Source of the DNA: Octopus sinensis
Lineage: Eukaryota
Reading direction: 5' to 3'
Length of the DNA stretch: 64,000 bases
Assembly: GCF_006345805.1 (NCBI RefSeq)
Contig: NC_043006.1
Coordinates: 67,146,001-67,210,000 of the forward strand
A program made the translations under genes and the position numbers. The notes under the pieces are model-generated. The model was not told the origin of the DNA. It ran no database searches and saw only the letters and a program-made list of their open reading frames with translations. The stretch's first letter is position 1, and each line of letters opens with the position of its first letter. Positions 51,245 through 64,000 of this stretch are shown piece after piece.

Positions 51245-51425
51245 TTGAGGCAGGGAATAAGTCGATTTTTTTGACCCCACTATTTTGCTAGTACTTAATT
51301 TATCGACCCCGAAAGGATGAAAGGTAAAGTCGACCTCGGCGGAATTTAAACACAGAACGTAGCGAAGGGCGAATACCGCTTATATTTCGTCCAGCGTTTT
51401 AACTATTCTGCCACCTCGCCGCCTT
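51245..51425 (-). mobile_element. Third SINE family; body resembles a Nin-type domain from memory (degenerate relatives at ~29590-29900)
   Basis: Reverse complement ggcgaggtggcagaatagtt...ttccgccgaggtcgactttacctttcatcctttcggggtcgataaattaagtac. Confidence 0.65.
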
Positions 51426-51546
51426 GATCATAAAGATAATGATATAGACGAGTGTGTTGTTTGTCTGTGGTCGTGTATACGTGTCTTTTGGATTGATTCT
51501 GGGTTTTATCTCACTATGAAGTACGTGCAACATACGTGTTCTAATA

Positions 51547-51675
51547 TACAGGGTGATTCAAAAGTCGCCATACATAAGAGCAATTTACTTTTTTATTATA
51601 AATAGTTTTTTTTATTTAACTGTTTCCTACAAACATTTTTTTTCCTATGTATGGTGACTTTTGAATCGCCCTGTA
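51547..51675. mobile_element. Tc1/mariner-type MITE (~130 bp)
   Basis: TA-cagggtgattcaaaagtcgccatacata ... tatgtatggtgacttttgaatcgccctg-TA. Confidence 0.85.
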
Positions 51676-53249
51676 CATTGTAACCTAAGCTTCCATTCAC
51701 TCAATGGCTGGAATCTACAGAAGAATTACAGCCGTTATTGTATGGAATATGATACAAGTGGAATCAGACACGCTGTCTTGGATTCAGTCGTAAGTGGCGG
51801 ACATTAACAATTGAAGTTTCATTAGAGAACAGCGGAGGCCATTAATTGATGTACATTTGTGCAATGTGGAAATCACAAATGAATTTATGCTCATGCCGGA
51901 TGCAAAGGGAAGTGAATATTTTACGGCACTTTTCAATAATGAGATTGTAAATTTAATTGTATGAGAGACTAACAAATATTTTAGGATGTACTTATGTAAA
52001 GTGAAAATAAATATAAAAATTTTAGAAAATTTCTATAAAAGATGAAAATAGTAACTGTACTGACAAAAAATGTTTATCGCCACTTCAATATGGCTGTCCT
52101 GTAGGAACTGACGTTACTACCATTTTAACCCCGCCAGAAGTGAAGTGGAGTGAAAGTATTTGAGGAGGCCATGATGACACAAGCAAGACACAAAGAAGAT
52201 TTAAAGAAGAATGGCTATTCGAGGCAATCTGCACCCAATTTATATTACAAGCAGGGGAGCGAACCCCTAATATTTTCAAGCGACACGACCACCAAACCAT
52301 ACGATTTCGAGCTTTTTGTGCTCATCCTTCTCGGTGGTGGATACCCATCCGCTACACACGGCAGTAGTTCGCTCCAGCTTGTAGTGTATAGAAAATAAGT
52401 GACAACCAGTCACTGACCTTGCAACAAGCAAATATAAAAATTACTCTTTATAAAAGAGTTTCCTTTTTGTGTTTTGGAAATTACGGAGATGTACTTGCAT
52501 AGCAAGTGACCTGATCTGAGATCGTGTGCTGGAACGAAAACAGCACGGTATTGTGTCAGTGAACAGGTCGCGGTCTCAAATTGACGAAAATATTTTGGCA
52601 AATTAAATTTAAATGTTGAAGTGAATCTAACGGTTTTTTTGTGTTTCTTAAATGGCTTATAAACAGCTTCCACGCTGCAATTGTTTTTGTTTTTTGGTTT
52701 TTTATCTTTGTATGCTGATGATTTCTTTTATGTTCCACAGGGGCATACATGAGGGGGCATATGACAAGGACGATCTTCAATTTGTGGGTGGTGGGTTATA
52801 TAAACGCTGAGGAGAAAGAAAGCGGGAAAGATGATGAAATGTGATAGAAGAATACAAATCATTATACATATTTAAAGTATATAACACGAATGATGCAGTC
52901 CTTCTGATACATTCCAACTAAGGGCAATCACAGGATCCATAGATCCAGGATTACCCTGACCAACAAAGTCATGAATTTTCATCCAATCTACAGGTGCATG
53001 CTCAGAGTAGCACCTTTCACTGAAACCTTTCTTTTGCTACAATCACCCACCTTTTGACAAACCCACTGAGAGAGAGAGAGAGAAAGAGAGCACTTTCTTT
53101 ATGATAACGATGAGAGCTCCGCCGAAGAACAAAAGTGACTTTCTTCAGTAATTTTAGCCTCGTCTGTCACACAACTATAGCCAATAGAGAGAGGAACACC
53201 GCCTGTTCTGCCTTTTTAAAGGTGTCAGAGCAGTCCTCATAATGGACTC

Positions 53250-53430
53250 GGCCGAAAGTCAGTTTCATCCTGCATGCGATGACAGCTGTTCGACATAACT
53301 CAACGAGTCATAAATGCTTGGACGCTACGTGAGCAAATACAATATGGTTTCGTCGCAACACGTGGACCTCCAACAGTTCCATCTGCTGACACTTCCGCGA
53401 TAAATCAATCCCAGGAGACGCCAACAATTT
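53250..53430 (-). mobile_element. Old Tx1-like ORF2 3' remnant
   Basis: gacagctgttcgacataac...ggtttcgtcgc aligns by eye to 5255-5340. Confidence 0.5.
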
Positions 53431-55319
53431 TGTAAAATCATTGGAAAAGCTAAGTAAATAAACTGACCTTAAATTAACGGTTTTAAAATGAGGATTCTAA
53501 GAACGACATCCGTACTTGAAACCATCGGGGCTTTGAATGTAATAACAAATGACACCCTTAAACATCAAATACCAGAAAAACCCTAATTATCATATATTCT
53601 TTCATCTCTGCCAGTTTTTAGGCAGACGCGTAGCAATTTTGAGGCGGAGGGTGGAGGTTAGTCGATGCTGTTGAGCTCCGTATTTGACTGGAAGGCTATT
53701 ATCGTCTTCGCAAAGTTTGTTTCAGCGAGATTTGACTATTTTTATTTATTTCCGACGGTGATTTCAAGTGAGTTCTTCATTGCCATAACAGTTTATAACT
53801 TATATAGTGGCGGATTTGCTAGCCTACAAACATACCAGCGATCCACCATCATTGGCAACTTCCACCATTTTGTCACTCCTATTACGTTATTACGCATATT
53901 TTAACATTAGTCTATGGGTAGGTTTGAAGGGAACAAACACAGTTTTCTTCTTCAATCGTTCTTAGTTTTTTTTTAATCTAGCATGCAATCCTCTACAGGC
54001 ATTCTTTTCTCAATCTTGGATGAAAATCTCAGGTAGAGAAGCACCCTCTCTGGTCACGCAATACTTCCAAGCATATTTTGTCTCAGAGAATATATATCCA
54101 GCAATTCTGTATCATTAGCAGCATGAGCAAAAGAAAACAGACAATCCTACTTTTGTCGCTTGACTTATTTTTTCCATTTTTTCTTCATTTGGCAAACTAA
54201 GAGTTTGCATTGTTGTTATTCATTATTGTTGTCGTTTTTGTTAATTATATCGTTGAAATTTTTCCAATTAATATCATTATTATATGCCAAAAGGTCATTA
54301 AGTTTTCCGTGTTGAATACCGATGTTCTGCTGTGTAATTAAATTTCTATTCTTTCTTTTCTTCTATGCTGATGTGTTGATTTCAAATATCTTGTTGGGTG
54401 GGGTTTTCTTCCTTTTGGCAAGAAGCCATTTTAAGTTGAATCTAAACAAAATAAATTTATGTTAAAAAGTATCCAAAACAAACAAACCTCATGTCATTCC
54501 CGGTGTGAAGAGACATCCAAAGTGTTTCAAATGGAATCTCCTTGAAGAAACTCATTCAAATAGAAATGCTTTTTTCTTCAGCTGCGCTTTGTAAAGAACA
54601 ATAGCAAAAAAATAAATTGAAAATTATTACAAATAGCTACAAAACACATACAAAACAAAAGTTTTTTGTCTTCTGGGAAGCCAACAAATATAAAACAGTA
54701 GCTGAAGTAACAGACAGCTGTGAAAAGAGAGGAAATCAACGATGAAATTGCGAAAAAGCTAAAAACTATACAGTATACGAAACTACAAAATATCATTCTA
54801 AAACGGTCAACATATGAAAATGCATAAAAACAAATTTAATAAATTAGAAAATAAACAATGAGAAATCTAAACACTGTCTGAGGTGTGGACACAAAGCTGA
54901 GCCTGGAGTATGATTGATTGTGGTACAGGATGAAAGTCACAGCAACTTAAGTCGCCAAAGATAATCTTATAAACTAGAAATTATTAACTCTTCCTGTGAG
55001 TATTTTGTTTCTTCGAATTGCGAATTGAGTTATGACCGGTAGCTCCTCTTCTTTCTTTTTGGCTCATTGTCGGAATGCAGCTGAGTTCTCTTTTCTGTAA
55101 ATATATCCATTGTCATTACTTGGGTGAACTTTCAGGTCGACGATTCTCAGTCAAGACCTTAACACGTGTCACCTGCTTCTCTTCTCAAACGCATCATTTC
55201 TCACTTGAGCTTCCTGTTAGTCATGCATACTTTTATTCTAAAAGCTTCTTTGCCCCAAAGAACATTTTGCGGCCTTTTAAAAGGAGAAATTTTGGATAAC
55301 ACAGTCTTTTCTTTATTTA

Positions 55320-55885
55320 TTAGGTTGTCCGGAAATTTCGTACCGACTTTTAAAGGAAAGAAAAAGGTCTATAAATACTTGCCATTACAATTTTAATCAA
55401 CCAAATATAAACCATTTTGTTGCACGATGCGTCTCCATCTTGCCTTTAACTTGAAAATACCCTCTTCCCAGAATTGAGGTGTCTTCTTGGCAAAGAATTC
55501 ATCAAGGTATCTTTTTATGTCTTCTAAGGAATTGAAATTTTTATCATTAAGACTATTCTGCAGAGACCTGAATAAGTGGAAATCCGAAGGAGCAATACCT
55601 GGTGAATATGGAGGGTGGGGTAACATATCCCAGCTGAGCAGCAGCAATTTTTGTCTGGTTCCCAAAGCATCAAGTGCCGAAAATGAACTTTCTTATCTCC
55701 CATTTTAAAGGGTTACAGAATTAACACAGATTATAGGAACATAGACCTTCTTCCACGAAAAGATAGCTTAAACTGTGCTCTAAATGGAGATATAGTCAAA
55801 TCCTATTTTCTGGACTCAACCATGTTCTAAAATAATTCGAAAGGTAAGCTACTATAAATCGGCATGAACTTTCCTGACAACCCAA
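55320..55885 (-). mobile_element. Internally deleted mariner (566 bp) with both TIRs and TA TSD
   Basis: TA|ttaggttgtccggaaatttcgtaccga ... tcggcatgaactttcctgacaacccaa|TA; ORF 55393-55665 has LPHPPYSPGIAPSDFHLFRSLQ..KLKARW..GLY. Confidence 0.9.
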
Positions 55886-56034
55886 TAATTATTTTGGTCA
55901 GTAATTGTTATTTCCTATTTGATTCTATCTAAAAATCAAAGGAAATGACTACTATTCCCTTCAAACTTTGCTACTGTGATCTGACATCAATGTTTTGAAA
56001 TTGATCTATTTTCCATTATATTTCAGTCAGATTT

Positions 56035-56232
56035 AGTGCTGATTTGCTAAAGCAGAAATATCGTTACAGCAAACATTCTGTTCAATACTACAGATTTGTG
56101 TATCAGTTGCTTGACCGTAACCACTTGAGCCTGCCCCTCCGTGGCTGACAATATGTGCATCTCTGCTCACGAGCAGAAGTAGTGGGGGAAGCATCGTAGC
56201 CATGTGATGAGAGAGGAATCTTTGGGATTTTA
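56035..56232 (+). mobile_element. Diverged internal fragment of the ~560-bp (AAT)n element
   Basis: cagatttgtgtatcagttgcttgacc...gtggctgacaatatgtgcatctctg...gagaggaatctttggg. Confidence 0.75.
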
Positions 56233-56596
56233 GTAAATGAAACAAAAACAAATTTTGAAGGAAAAGCGAGCTATTTCTATACTTTCTATGGGTGAGCAAA
56301 TAGGAAATAACAGTTGCTACCCTAGAACAAACACCGTGTTACATTGTGTAATATAAATCGGAGCCGCTAATTTTGATCAAAAACGAATAGGATTATAAAA
56401 AGACGAGATATTCATTGTTGTAATGCATTCGCTCATAATAGAGTCAGATTAAAACAACAGCAACAACAAATAGTTACAAACGGCCATTATTATAAACATT
56501 CCGCTCATATTCCTCGATATCCGATTCTTGACTGACCTAATTTTCAATTCCGCTATACACACACACACACACACATACACACACACATACACACGC

Positions 56597-56673
<77 letters not shown>

Positions 56674-56684
56674 ATACATATATA

Positions 56685-56738
<54 letters not shown>

Positions 56739-56783
56739 ACATATATATATACATACATATATATATAATATATATATACATAT

Positions 56784-56859
<76 letters not shown>

Positions 56860-57153
56860 GTATATAACATCATCACCACCAGCATCAAAAGCAACACCAC
56901 CTCAGCCCTTCCCTCCTTTCATTATCATCATTATTATCATCATTGACACTCCGCCCCACCACCACCAGCAACTTCAAAACCATCGCCTTTAAAAGGCGGA
57001 TGTTTTTCATTAGACTACAAGCTTTCGTCGTTATTTTTTTACACCTATCAACTAGTCACACGTTTAGGTGTACACAAATAACCATCTTTCTGTTTCTGCA
57101 CATGTATATATATATATATATGGATAGATAGACATATAGACAGGCAGGTAGAC

Positions 57154-57248
<95 letters not shown>

Positions 57249-59060
57249 GGGTGAATATGTGTATACATATGTATACATATATATATACAGACATAAATGC
57301 ACTCACACGCATGTATACATACACAGACACGTACTTTACTTTTATACACACACACAGAAATAAATGTCGTGATCTAAAGCCACATGTAGACGCATACATA
57401 CACACATACATTCATTCATACACATACATTTACATGTATGTTCGTGTGTACGTACATACATATAATCACACATAATAAACGATCAGAAGATATTCATTAT
57501 ATTAATATAATATTAAATGACTTGAAGGTTTGAAAACATGGTAAAAAAATTAGATAGCGGATCAAATGACGTAATTTGATCTCTGTCGCCTTCCACGTAG
57601 AAAAAAAATAAAAAGCCGAAAAAGTGAAGTTTCGCCATTTTGATTCAAGGTTTAGATATCGACGATAACTTGATATGTTGATAGCTGTGATCGTAAACAA
57701 ATTGTTCCAGTATAACTGACTTAGTTTTTCTCTCACTCTCTTCTCTCATTCTCTCTCTCTCCCTCTTTCTGTTCCTTTTCCTCGGTCTCACTTTCTCCCG
57801 CTCTCATCCTCGCTCTTCCTATCTCCCTGCCTCTCCATATAATAATACTTCGGGGCAAAATTTGAATGACTGATCCTCTGTTAATTCTCTTCTTTTTGTT
57901 GGTGTTCTTACTTCTGCTATTTTACTTTTCTTTATTAATCTTTTTTTTCTTTTTAAAAATCATTTTAGTTCCTTTTTATTCTCGCCTTTTCATTTCTCCC
58001 TTTTTTCCCTTTCCTCCCGCCTCACACTTTCTCTCTTTCTTTCTTTCTTACTCCCCCCTCCTACTTTCTTATCTTCTTTTTCTTACTTAGAAACAGTTAA
58101 TAAACTGTATGAAGCACCCTAGATTTCATCCGTATAAAACATTTAATCAATAAGTCTACTCAAACTATATTAACTCTAACGTAACAACTATGTAATAAAT
58201 GGTGAAGCTTCAATGGCATTTAATTGAGTCAGACCAATCACCTACTACAGAAGTTACCAACTGATTTCATTGTGGAACCCATTAAACGATTTTCCAAAAA
58301 TCTCAGAACCCACACTTATATTTTCCGGACAACCGCTACCACTTTAGTTTTAATATAATACTGAATGAATCAAAATCGTTTTTCCTCCTTTCTTGTTTGT
58401 ACTTTGTTGTTTGTTCGTGCTTGTCTCGTTCTGTCCTACATTTTCGCTGATTTATAACCCCGGCAGCTTTTTAGTGTTGACGCCACCAACTTGAACAATT
58501 TTATCGATATCGTGTTGAAATTGTAACGGCGTTTGGTCCATAAGTGATGAGGGGTGAGCGTGTATACGTCATTTGTGTGATTTTTCCTCTTTTCTGTGTG
58601 TTCCTCTTCTTCTTTGTCATATCATTTTGAATATAGTGAACAGAATTTGTTTTATATTTTTCATCTACTTATTTCAGTCTTTGGACTGCGACTATGCTGG
58701 GGTACCGCCTTGAACTATTTAGTGGAGTAAACTGACTTCATTTCTTATTCAGTTCTTATTTTTAAGCCTCATAGTTATTCTATCTGTCTTTCATGTGTGG
58801 GTCTGTCTGTCTGACTTTGTGTTTTTGCTTCGTGCCTCACAGAACTTGATAAAAAAAAGAACTGATTCGTTTACCTTCTCGTAACAGCCTTGATCCAGCG
58901 AATATTTGACGAGAGCTATTTCGGCATTGATCATTCCAACAGGCCATGCTCTCAATCCCTTCCTCCAAACCAAACTGATAACAAAATAATCTCTGGTACA
59001 AAAATATCCTAAGATTTTCTTCTTCTTTTTCTTCTTCTTCTTCTTCTTCTTCTTCTTCTT

Positions 59061-59091
<31 letters not shown>

Positions 59092-59112
59092 TTATTATTA
59101 TTATTATTATTA

Positions 59113-59161
<49 letters not shown>

Positions 59162-59170
59162 ATTATTATT

Positions 59171-59731
59171 GAGTGAGAGAGCAGTGCATGCCATCAAAGT
59201 GACACTGGGGTAAAATATACGAAGCCCAGTATACTCATCATGACTACCCGTCTAATAAGGATACACTAGGCACATGCATCACAACCATATGTGCGGGACA
59301 TGGTGATCTCATATTAATAAAAGAAACAGCACATGACCTTGCAGGTGGGGCCCACTTAGAAGTATTTTTTCTTTTGGTCGAATAATCCATTCCGCTCAAA
59401 AGGTCCCTGAATAAGGGTTGTCTAAGAATGTTGAACGGAACACCCATATTCCAGAGGTGACTTATTCAAACCCCAAAGAATCCCTCTCAACAAACAGCTA
59501 TGATGCTCCCCTACAACTTCTGCTCGTGATCAGAGATGCACATATCGTCAGCCACTAAGGAACATAGTCAACTGGTTAAGGTCAAACAACTGACAAGCAA
59601 ATCAGTGGTATTGAGCAGAATATTTGCTGTAGCCCATCTTTTATACCAAGACAAAACAATGTACATGATAACACTTGCAATCAGTTAAGATAAGAAGCCA
59701 TGAGAGCCACTGCCTGGTACTGCATCAGGGC

Positions 59732-59733
<2 letters not shown>
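59171..59733 (-). mobile_element. Full-length ~560-bp (AAT)n element
   Basis: Same termini as 30496-31054; (ATT)n on both flanks. Confidence 0.85.
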
Positions 59734-59795
<62 letters not shown>

Positions 59796-59809
59796 ATTAT
59801 TATTATTAT

Positions 59810-60922
59810 CATTATTGTTATTTTTCCTTCTTTCTTCAAATTTTCTTCCGTTTCTCGCCGAGTGTGTTCTGTACACCTAGGGCAGAGAAGCTCATTGTAT
59901 GCATTCCCAGATTACACACGCAAATTCACAGGTAAATATGCATTTAAAAAATTAATAAATAAATAAATTTATGAATGGATGTTGTTTTCACGGCGAAAAT
60001 GCTCTTCTCAGTACATGAGCCGTACCAGTTAACACGATTTTTTGCATCTCCTGTAGGAATGGTAAGCCTGGCATCACTTTCAAACAGGTTTCAGTACCTT
60101 TTTTTATCATTCCTAGAGATCCTATAATCACTGGTGCTGTAGTCGAATTGATATGCCACATTTTTTTCAATTTCTATTAGCAAATCTTTATATTTACTGA
60201 TCTTGTCATATTCTTTCGCCTCTATATTGTGATCGCAAGGAATACTCATGTCAATTAATAAACACATCTTTTTTGTCTGATCTTTTATAATAATATCCGG
60301 TTTATTAGCTTTTGTCTTTTCAATTAATCTTATTTTCTTTGCAGCAGCAGTTGGGGTATTTCCTTCAACCTGATCAATCTGGAAGACATCAGTAGCGATT
60401 TTTTTGCTCTCTTTCAAAATAGAGTGAAGTTTTTCGGTCTTTCATGTTTTTCAACAAGTTTTAGCATCCAATCGTTAGTTGCTTCAAGGTATTTGGCCAG
60501 TCCGATTGTGATGGTCTTGTATGTAAGTTCAAGCTGGATCAGACCTCGACGTCCCTGAGCTCTAGGAAGGTAAAGACGATCCACGTCTGCCTTTGGATGG
60601 TGCTTCTTATTACAAGTCAGTACCTTGCGGATTTTTCTATCAATTTTCATTATTTCACTGGTATTCCAGTTAAGTACATTGAAGCTATAAAGAACAACTG
60701 GGACTGCTAAGAAATTTATGGCTAACACCTTATTATATGCATTCAGCTTAGACTTCAGGATTGCTCGTACTCTTCTATAACATTCCTTCCTAACTTTCTC
60801 ATTCATACTTGCATGCTGGATACCAGAGCCTTCATTTATTCCTAGGTATTTATAGGTTTGTTCCTGCTCAAGTTCCTTTATTACTGTTTCGACATCTAAT
60901 TCTATTGAACTTGACTTTACTA
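59810..60922 (-). mobile_element. R4/Dong LINE fragment (post-RT region plus RLE, with internal deletion)
   Basis: YKYLGI..CYRRVRAILKSKLNAYNKVLAIN..HPKADVDRLYLPR..GRRGL; NKPDIII..LIDMSIP..KISKYKDL. Confidence 0.85.
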
Positions 60923-60940
60923 CTTATTATTATTATTATT

Positions 60941-61497
60941 CAGTAGTTTTATTTTATAGCGTGCTTTCACTTAACTATCGAGCGCAGCTATGTGTGCCTT
61001 GGGTATGTGCGGTGATTTGTTGTGATGCTCTGATGGTTATTGTATGGAAAGTGCTCTGCGTAGGATGTGTGCAGTGCCTAGTAGTGCAATTTTCTGTATG
61101 TTATATGTGTTTGTAAGTCCTGGTGTTTTTGTTATGTATTTGTCTGAATATTTTTTTATCATGCCTAATGCACCTACTATGATAGGAATTGTTTCTGTTT
61201 TTAGATTCCACATTCTGGTTACCTCTATTTCCAGGCCTTTGTATTTTGAGAGTTTCTCCATTTCTTTTAGAGAAACGTTGTTATCTGCCAGTATTGATAC
61301 ATCAATTAGAAAGCATTTTTTTCTTCATGATCTCTGACAACTATATCTGGTCTGTTGGCCTTAATTTCTCTATCTGTGTGTATCGGCATATCCCAGAGTA
61401 TAGTTGCTTTCTCGTTTTCTGTGACCTTTTCTGGTGTGTGCCTATACCATCTTTTTTCTGTTGTTATTCCATAATGTTGGCATAGCTTCCAGTGTAT
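60941..61497 (-). mobile_element. R4/Dong LINE 3' fragment (RLE plus 3' UTR)
   Basis: HWKLC..WYRHTPEKV.ENEKATILWD..IHTDREIKANRPDIVV; EKLSKYKGLEIEVTRMW..PIIVGALG; (AAT)n tail. Confidence 0.9.
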
Positions 61498-61511
61498 TAT
61501 TATTATTATCA

Positions 61512-61707
61512 TTCAGTAGTTTTATTCTTATAGCGTGCTTTCACTTCACTACCGAGTGCAGCTCTGTGTGCCTTAGGTATATGCTGTGATTTGTTGTGAT
61601 GCTCTGATGGCATTACTTACTCGGATACAGTCCAATCCTTTGTTAGTAAATCTTTGGTTTCATACGATGTCCTTGTTTTCGATGTTTGTGGTTAGATTTC
61701 AGAGCTC

Positions 61708-61710
<3 letters not shown>
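61512..61710 (-). mobile_element. Short element: unknown ~85-nt 5' part plus the same Dong 3' UTR
   Basis: 61512-61615 repeats 60941-61040; (ATT)n on both flanks. Confidence 0.7.
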
Positions 61711-61751
<41 letters not shown>

Positions 61752-61764
61752 TATTATTATTATT

Positions 61765-62321
61765 GAGTGAGAGAGCAGTTTATGCTATCAAAGTGACACT
61801 GGGGTAAAATATACGAAGCCCAATATACCCATCATGACTACCCGTCTGATAAGGGGACACCAGGCACATGCATCACAACCATATGTGCGCGACATGGTGA
61901 TCTCATATCAAAATAAACAACACATGACCTTGCAGGTGGGGCCCAGTTAGAATTTTCTTCAGGTTGAGTAGCCCATCCCGCTCAAACGGTCCCTGAATAA
62001 GGGTTGTTTAAGATTGTTGAAAAAACCACCCATGTCACCAGAGGTGAATTATTCAAACCCCAAAGAATCCCTCTCAACACATGGCTATGATGCTCCCCCA
62101 CTACTTCTGCTCGTGATCAGAGATGCACATATCGTCAGCCACTGAGGGCCATGCTCAACTGGTTAAGGTCAAACAACTGACAAGCAAATCTGTGGTATTG
62201 AGAGAGAATATTTGCTGTAGCCCATCTTTTATACCAAGACAAAACAATGTACATGATAACACTTCCAATCAGTTAAGATCAGAAGCCATGAGAGCCACTG
62301 CCTGGTACTGCATCAGGGCAT
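61765..62321 (-). mobile_element. Full-length ~560-bp (AAT)n element
   Basis: Same termini as the other full-length copies. Confidence 0.9.
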
Positions 62322-62346
62322 TATTATTATTATTATTATTATTATT

Positions 62347-62461
<115 letters not shown>

Positions 62462-62474
62462 TATTATTATATTA

Positions 62475-62755
62475 TTTACATTGCTATATTCCGACGAGGT
62501 TGACATTGCCCTTCATATTTTCGTAGTCCATAATAAAAAAGAATCAGTTGAACACTGGGAGGCGATGAAATCGTTTGATCCTCTCCACCAAAATTACTGT
62601 CCTGTGGCAAAGTTTGAAACCTTATCATCATCAGTATTATATATTATTATTATTATTATTATTGAGTGATAGAGCAGTTTATTATTATTATTATTATATT
62701 ATTATTATTATATTATTATTATTATTATTATTCTTATTATTATTTTATTATTAAT

Positions 62756-62797
<42 letters not shown>

Positions 62798-63107
62798 TTA
62801 TTATTATCATCATCATCATCATCATCATTATTATATTATTATTATCATTATTATTATATATTATTATTATTATATTATTATTATTATTATTATTATTTAC
62901 ATTGCTATATTCCGACGAGGTTGACATTGCCCTTCATATTTTCGTAGTCCATAAAAAAAAGAAACAGTTGAACACTGGGAGGCAATGAAATCGTTGATCC
63001 TCTCCACCAAAATTACTGTCCTTGTGGCAAAGTTTGAAACCCTTATTATCATCAGTATTATCATTATATTATTATTATATTAATTATTATTATTATTATT
63101 ATCATTA

Positions 63108-63138
<31 letters not shown>

Positions 63139-63195
63139 TATTATTATTATTCATCATCATCATTATTATATTATATTATTATTATTATTATTATT

Positions 63196-63226
<31 letters not shown>

Positions 63227-63823
63227 TATTGAGTGAGAGAGCAGTTCATGCCATCAAAGTGACACTGGGGTAAAATATACGAAGCCCAATATACCCATCA
63301 TGACTACCCGTCTGATAAAGGTACACCAGGCACATGCATCACAACCATATGTGCGCGACATGGTGATCTCATATCAAGATAAACAGCACATGACCTTGCA
63401 GGTGGGGCCCAGTTAGAATTTTCTTCAGGTTGAGTAGCCCATCCCGCTCAAACGGTCCCTGAATAAGGGTTGTTTAAGGATGTTGAAAGAACCACCCATG
63501 TTTCCAGAGGTGAAATATTCAAACCCCAAAGAATCCCTCTCAACACATGGCTATGATGCTCCCCCACTACTTCTGCTCGTGATCAGAGATGCACATATCG
63601 TCAGCCACTAAGGGACATGCTCAACTGGTTAAGGTCAAACAACTGACAAGCAAATCTGTGGTATTGAGCAGAATATTTGCTGTAGCCCATCTTTTATACC
63701 AAGACAAAACAATGTACATGATAACACTCCAATCAGTTAAGATCAGAAGCCATGAGAGCCACTGCCTGGTACTGCATCAGGGCATGTACTGCATCAGGGC
63801 TATTATTATTATTATCATCATCA

Positions 63824-63879
<56 letters not shown>

Positions 63880-64000
63880 CATCATCATCATTAATTATTA
63901 TTATTATTATTATTATTATCATTTTATTATTATTATTATTTACATTGCTATATTCCGACGAGTTGACATTGCCCTTCATATTTTCGTAGTCCTTAAAAAA
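62475..64000. repeat. ~165-bp block B repeated at 62475, 62896 and 63939 among (ATT)n tracts
   Basis: tttacattgctatattccgacgaggttgacattgcccttcatattttcgtagtcc...gtttgaaacc. Confidence 0.9.
63231..63801 (-). mobile_element. Full-length ~560-bp (AAT)n element with a ~16-bp terminal duplication
   Basis: ...gtactgcatcagggcat-gtactgcatcagggc-tatt. Confidence 0.9.

Noticed and set aside
1381-51425. SINE heads as tRNA genes
   Set aside because: Only degenerate A/B-box-like motifs, no full cloverleaf, and each is followed by a SINE body.

Overview
AT-rich eukaryotic genomic DNA, repeat-saturated and probably intergenic or intronic. The SINE families and (TA)n/(GATA)n/(AAT)n load look like an octopus or other coleoid cephalopod; this is recognition from memory, not a database result. 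No host protein-coding exon, tRNA, rRNA or CRISPR array could be supported, and most ORF-track entries are translated microsatellites or antisense frames of retroelements. Contents: a full-length but frameshifted Tx1-clade LINE in a (GATA)n tract (4.55-10.59 kb); Penelope-like elements (PLEs; Neptune-type RT+GIY-YIG at 18.7-21.1 kb, a 3.5-kb inverted insertion at 37.9-41.5 kb, other fragments); R4/Dong RLE-LINE pieces stacked in (AAT)n; CR1 and RTE fragments; mariner remnants and MITEs; a head-to-tail Helitron dimer; many SINEs; and one 100-N gap. The main discovery is a 483/484-bp tandem repeat at 1580-~3520 in which each unit carries a complete, canonical type I hammerhead ribozyme, four copies in all. 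The array is arranged as two divergent arms with the same inverted geometry as the PLE insertion at 38-41 kb, which makes it a retrozyme-like candidate circular-RNA element probably mobilised by PLEs. Four further hammerhead motifs occur elsewhere in the window, two of them sharing a non-canonical CUGU(U/C)GA core.
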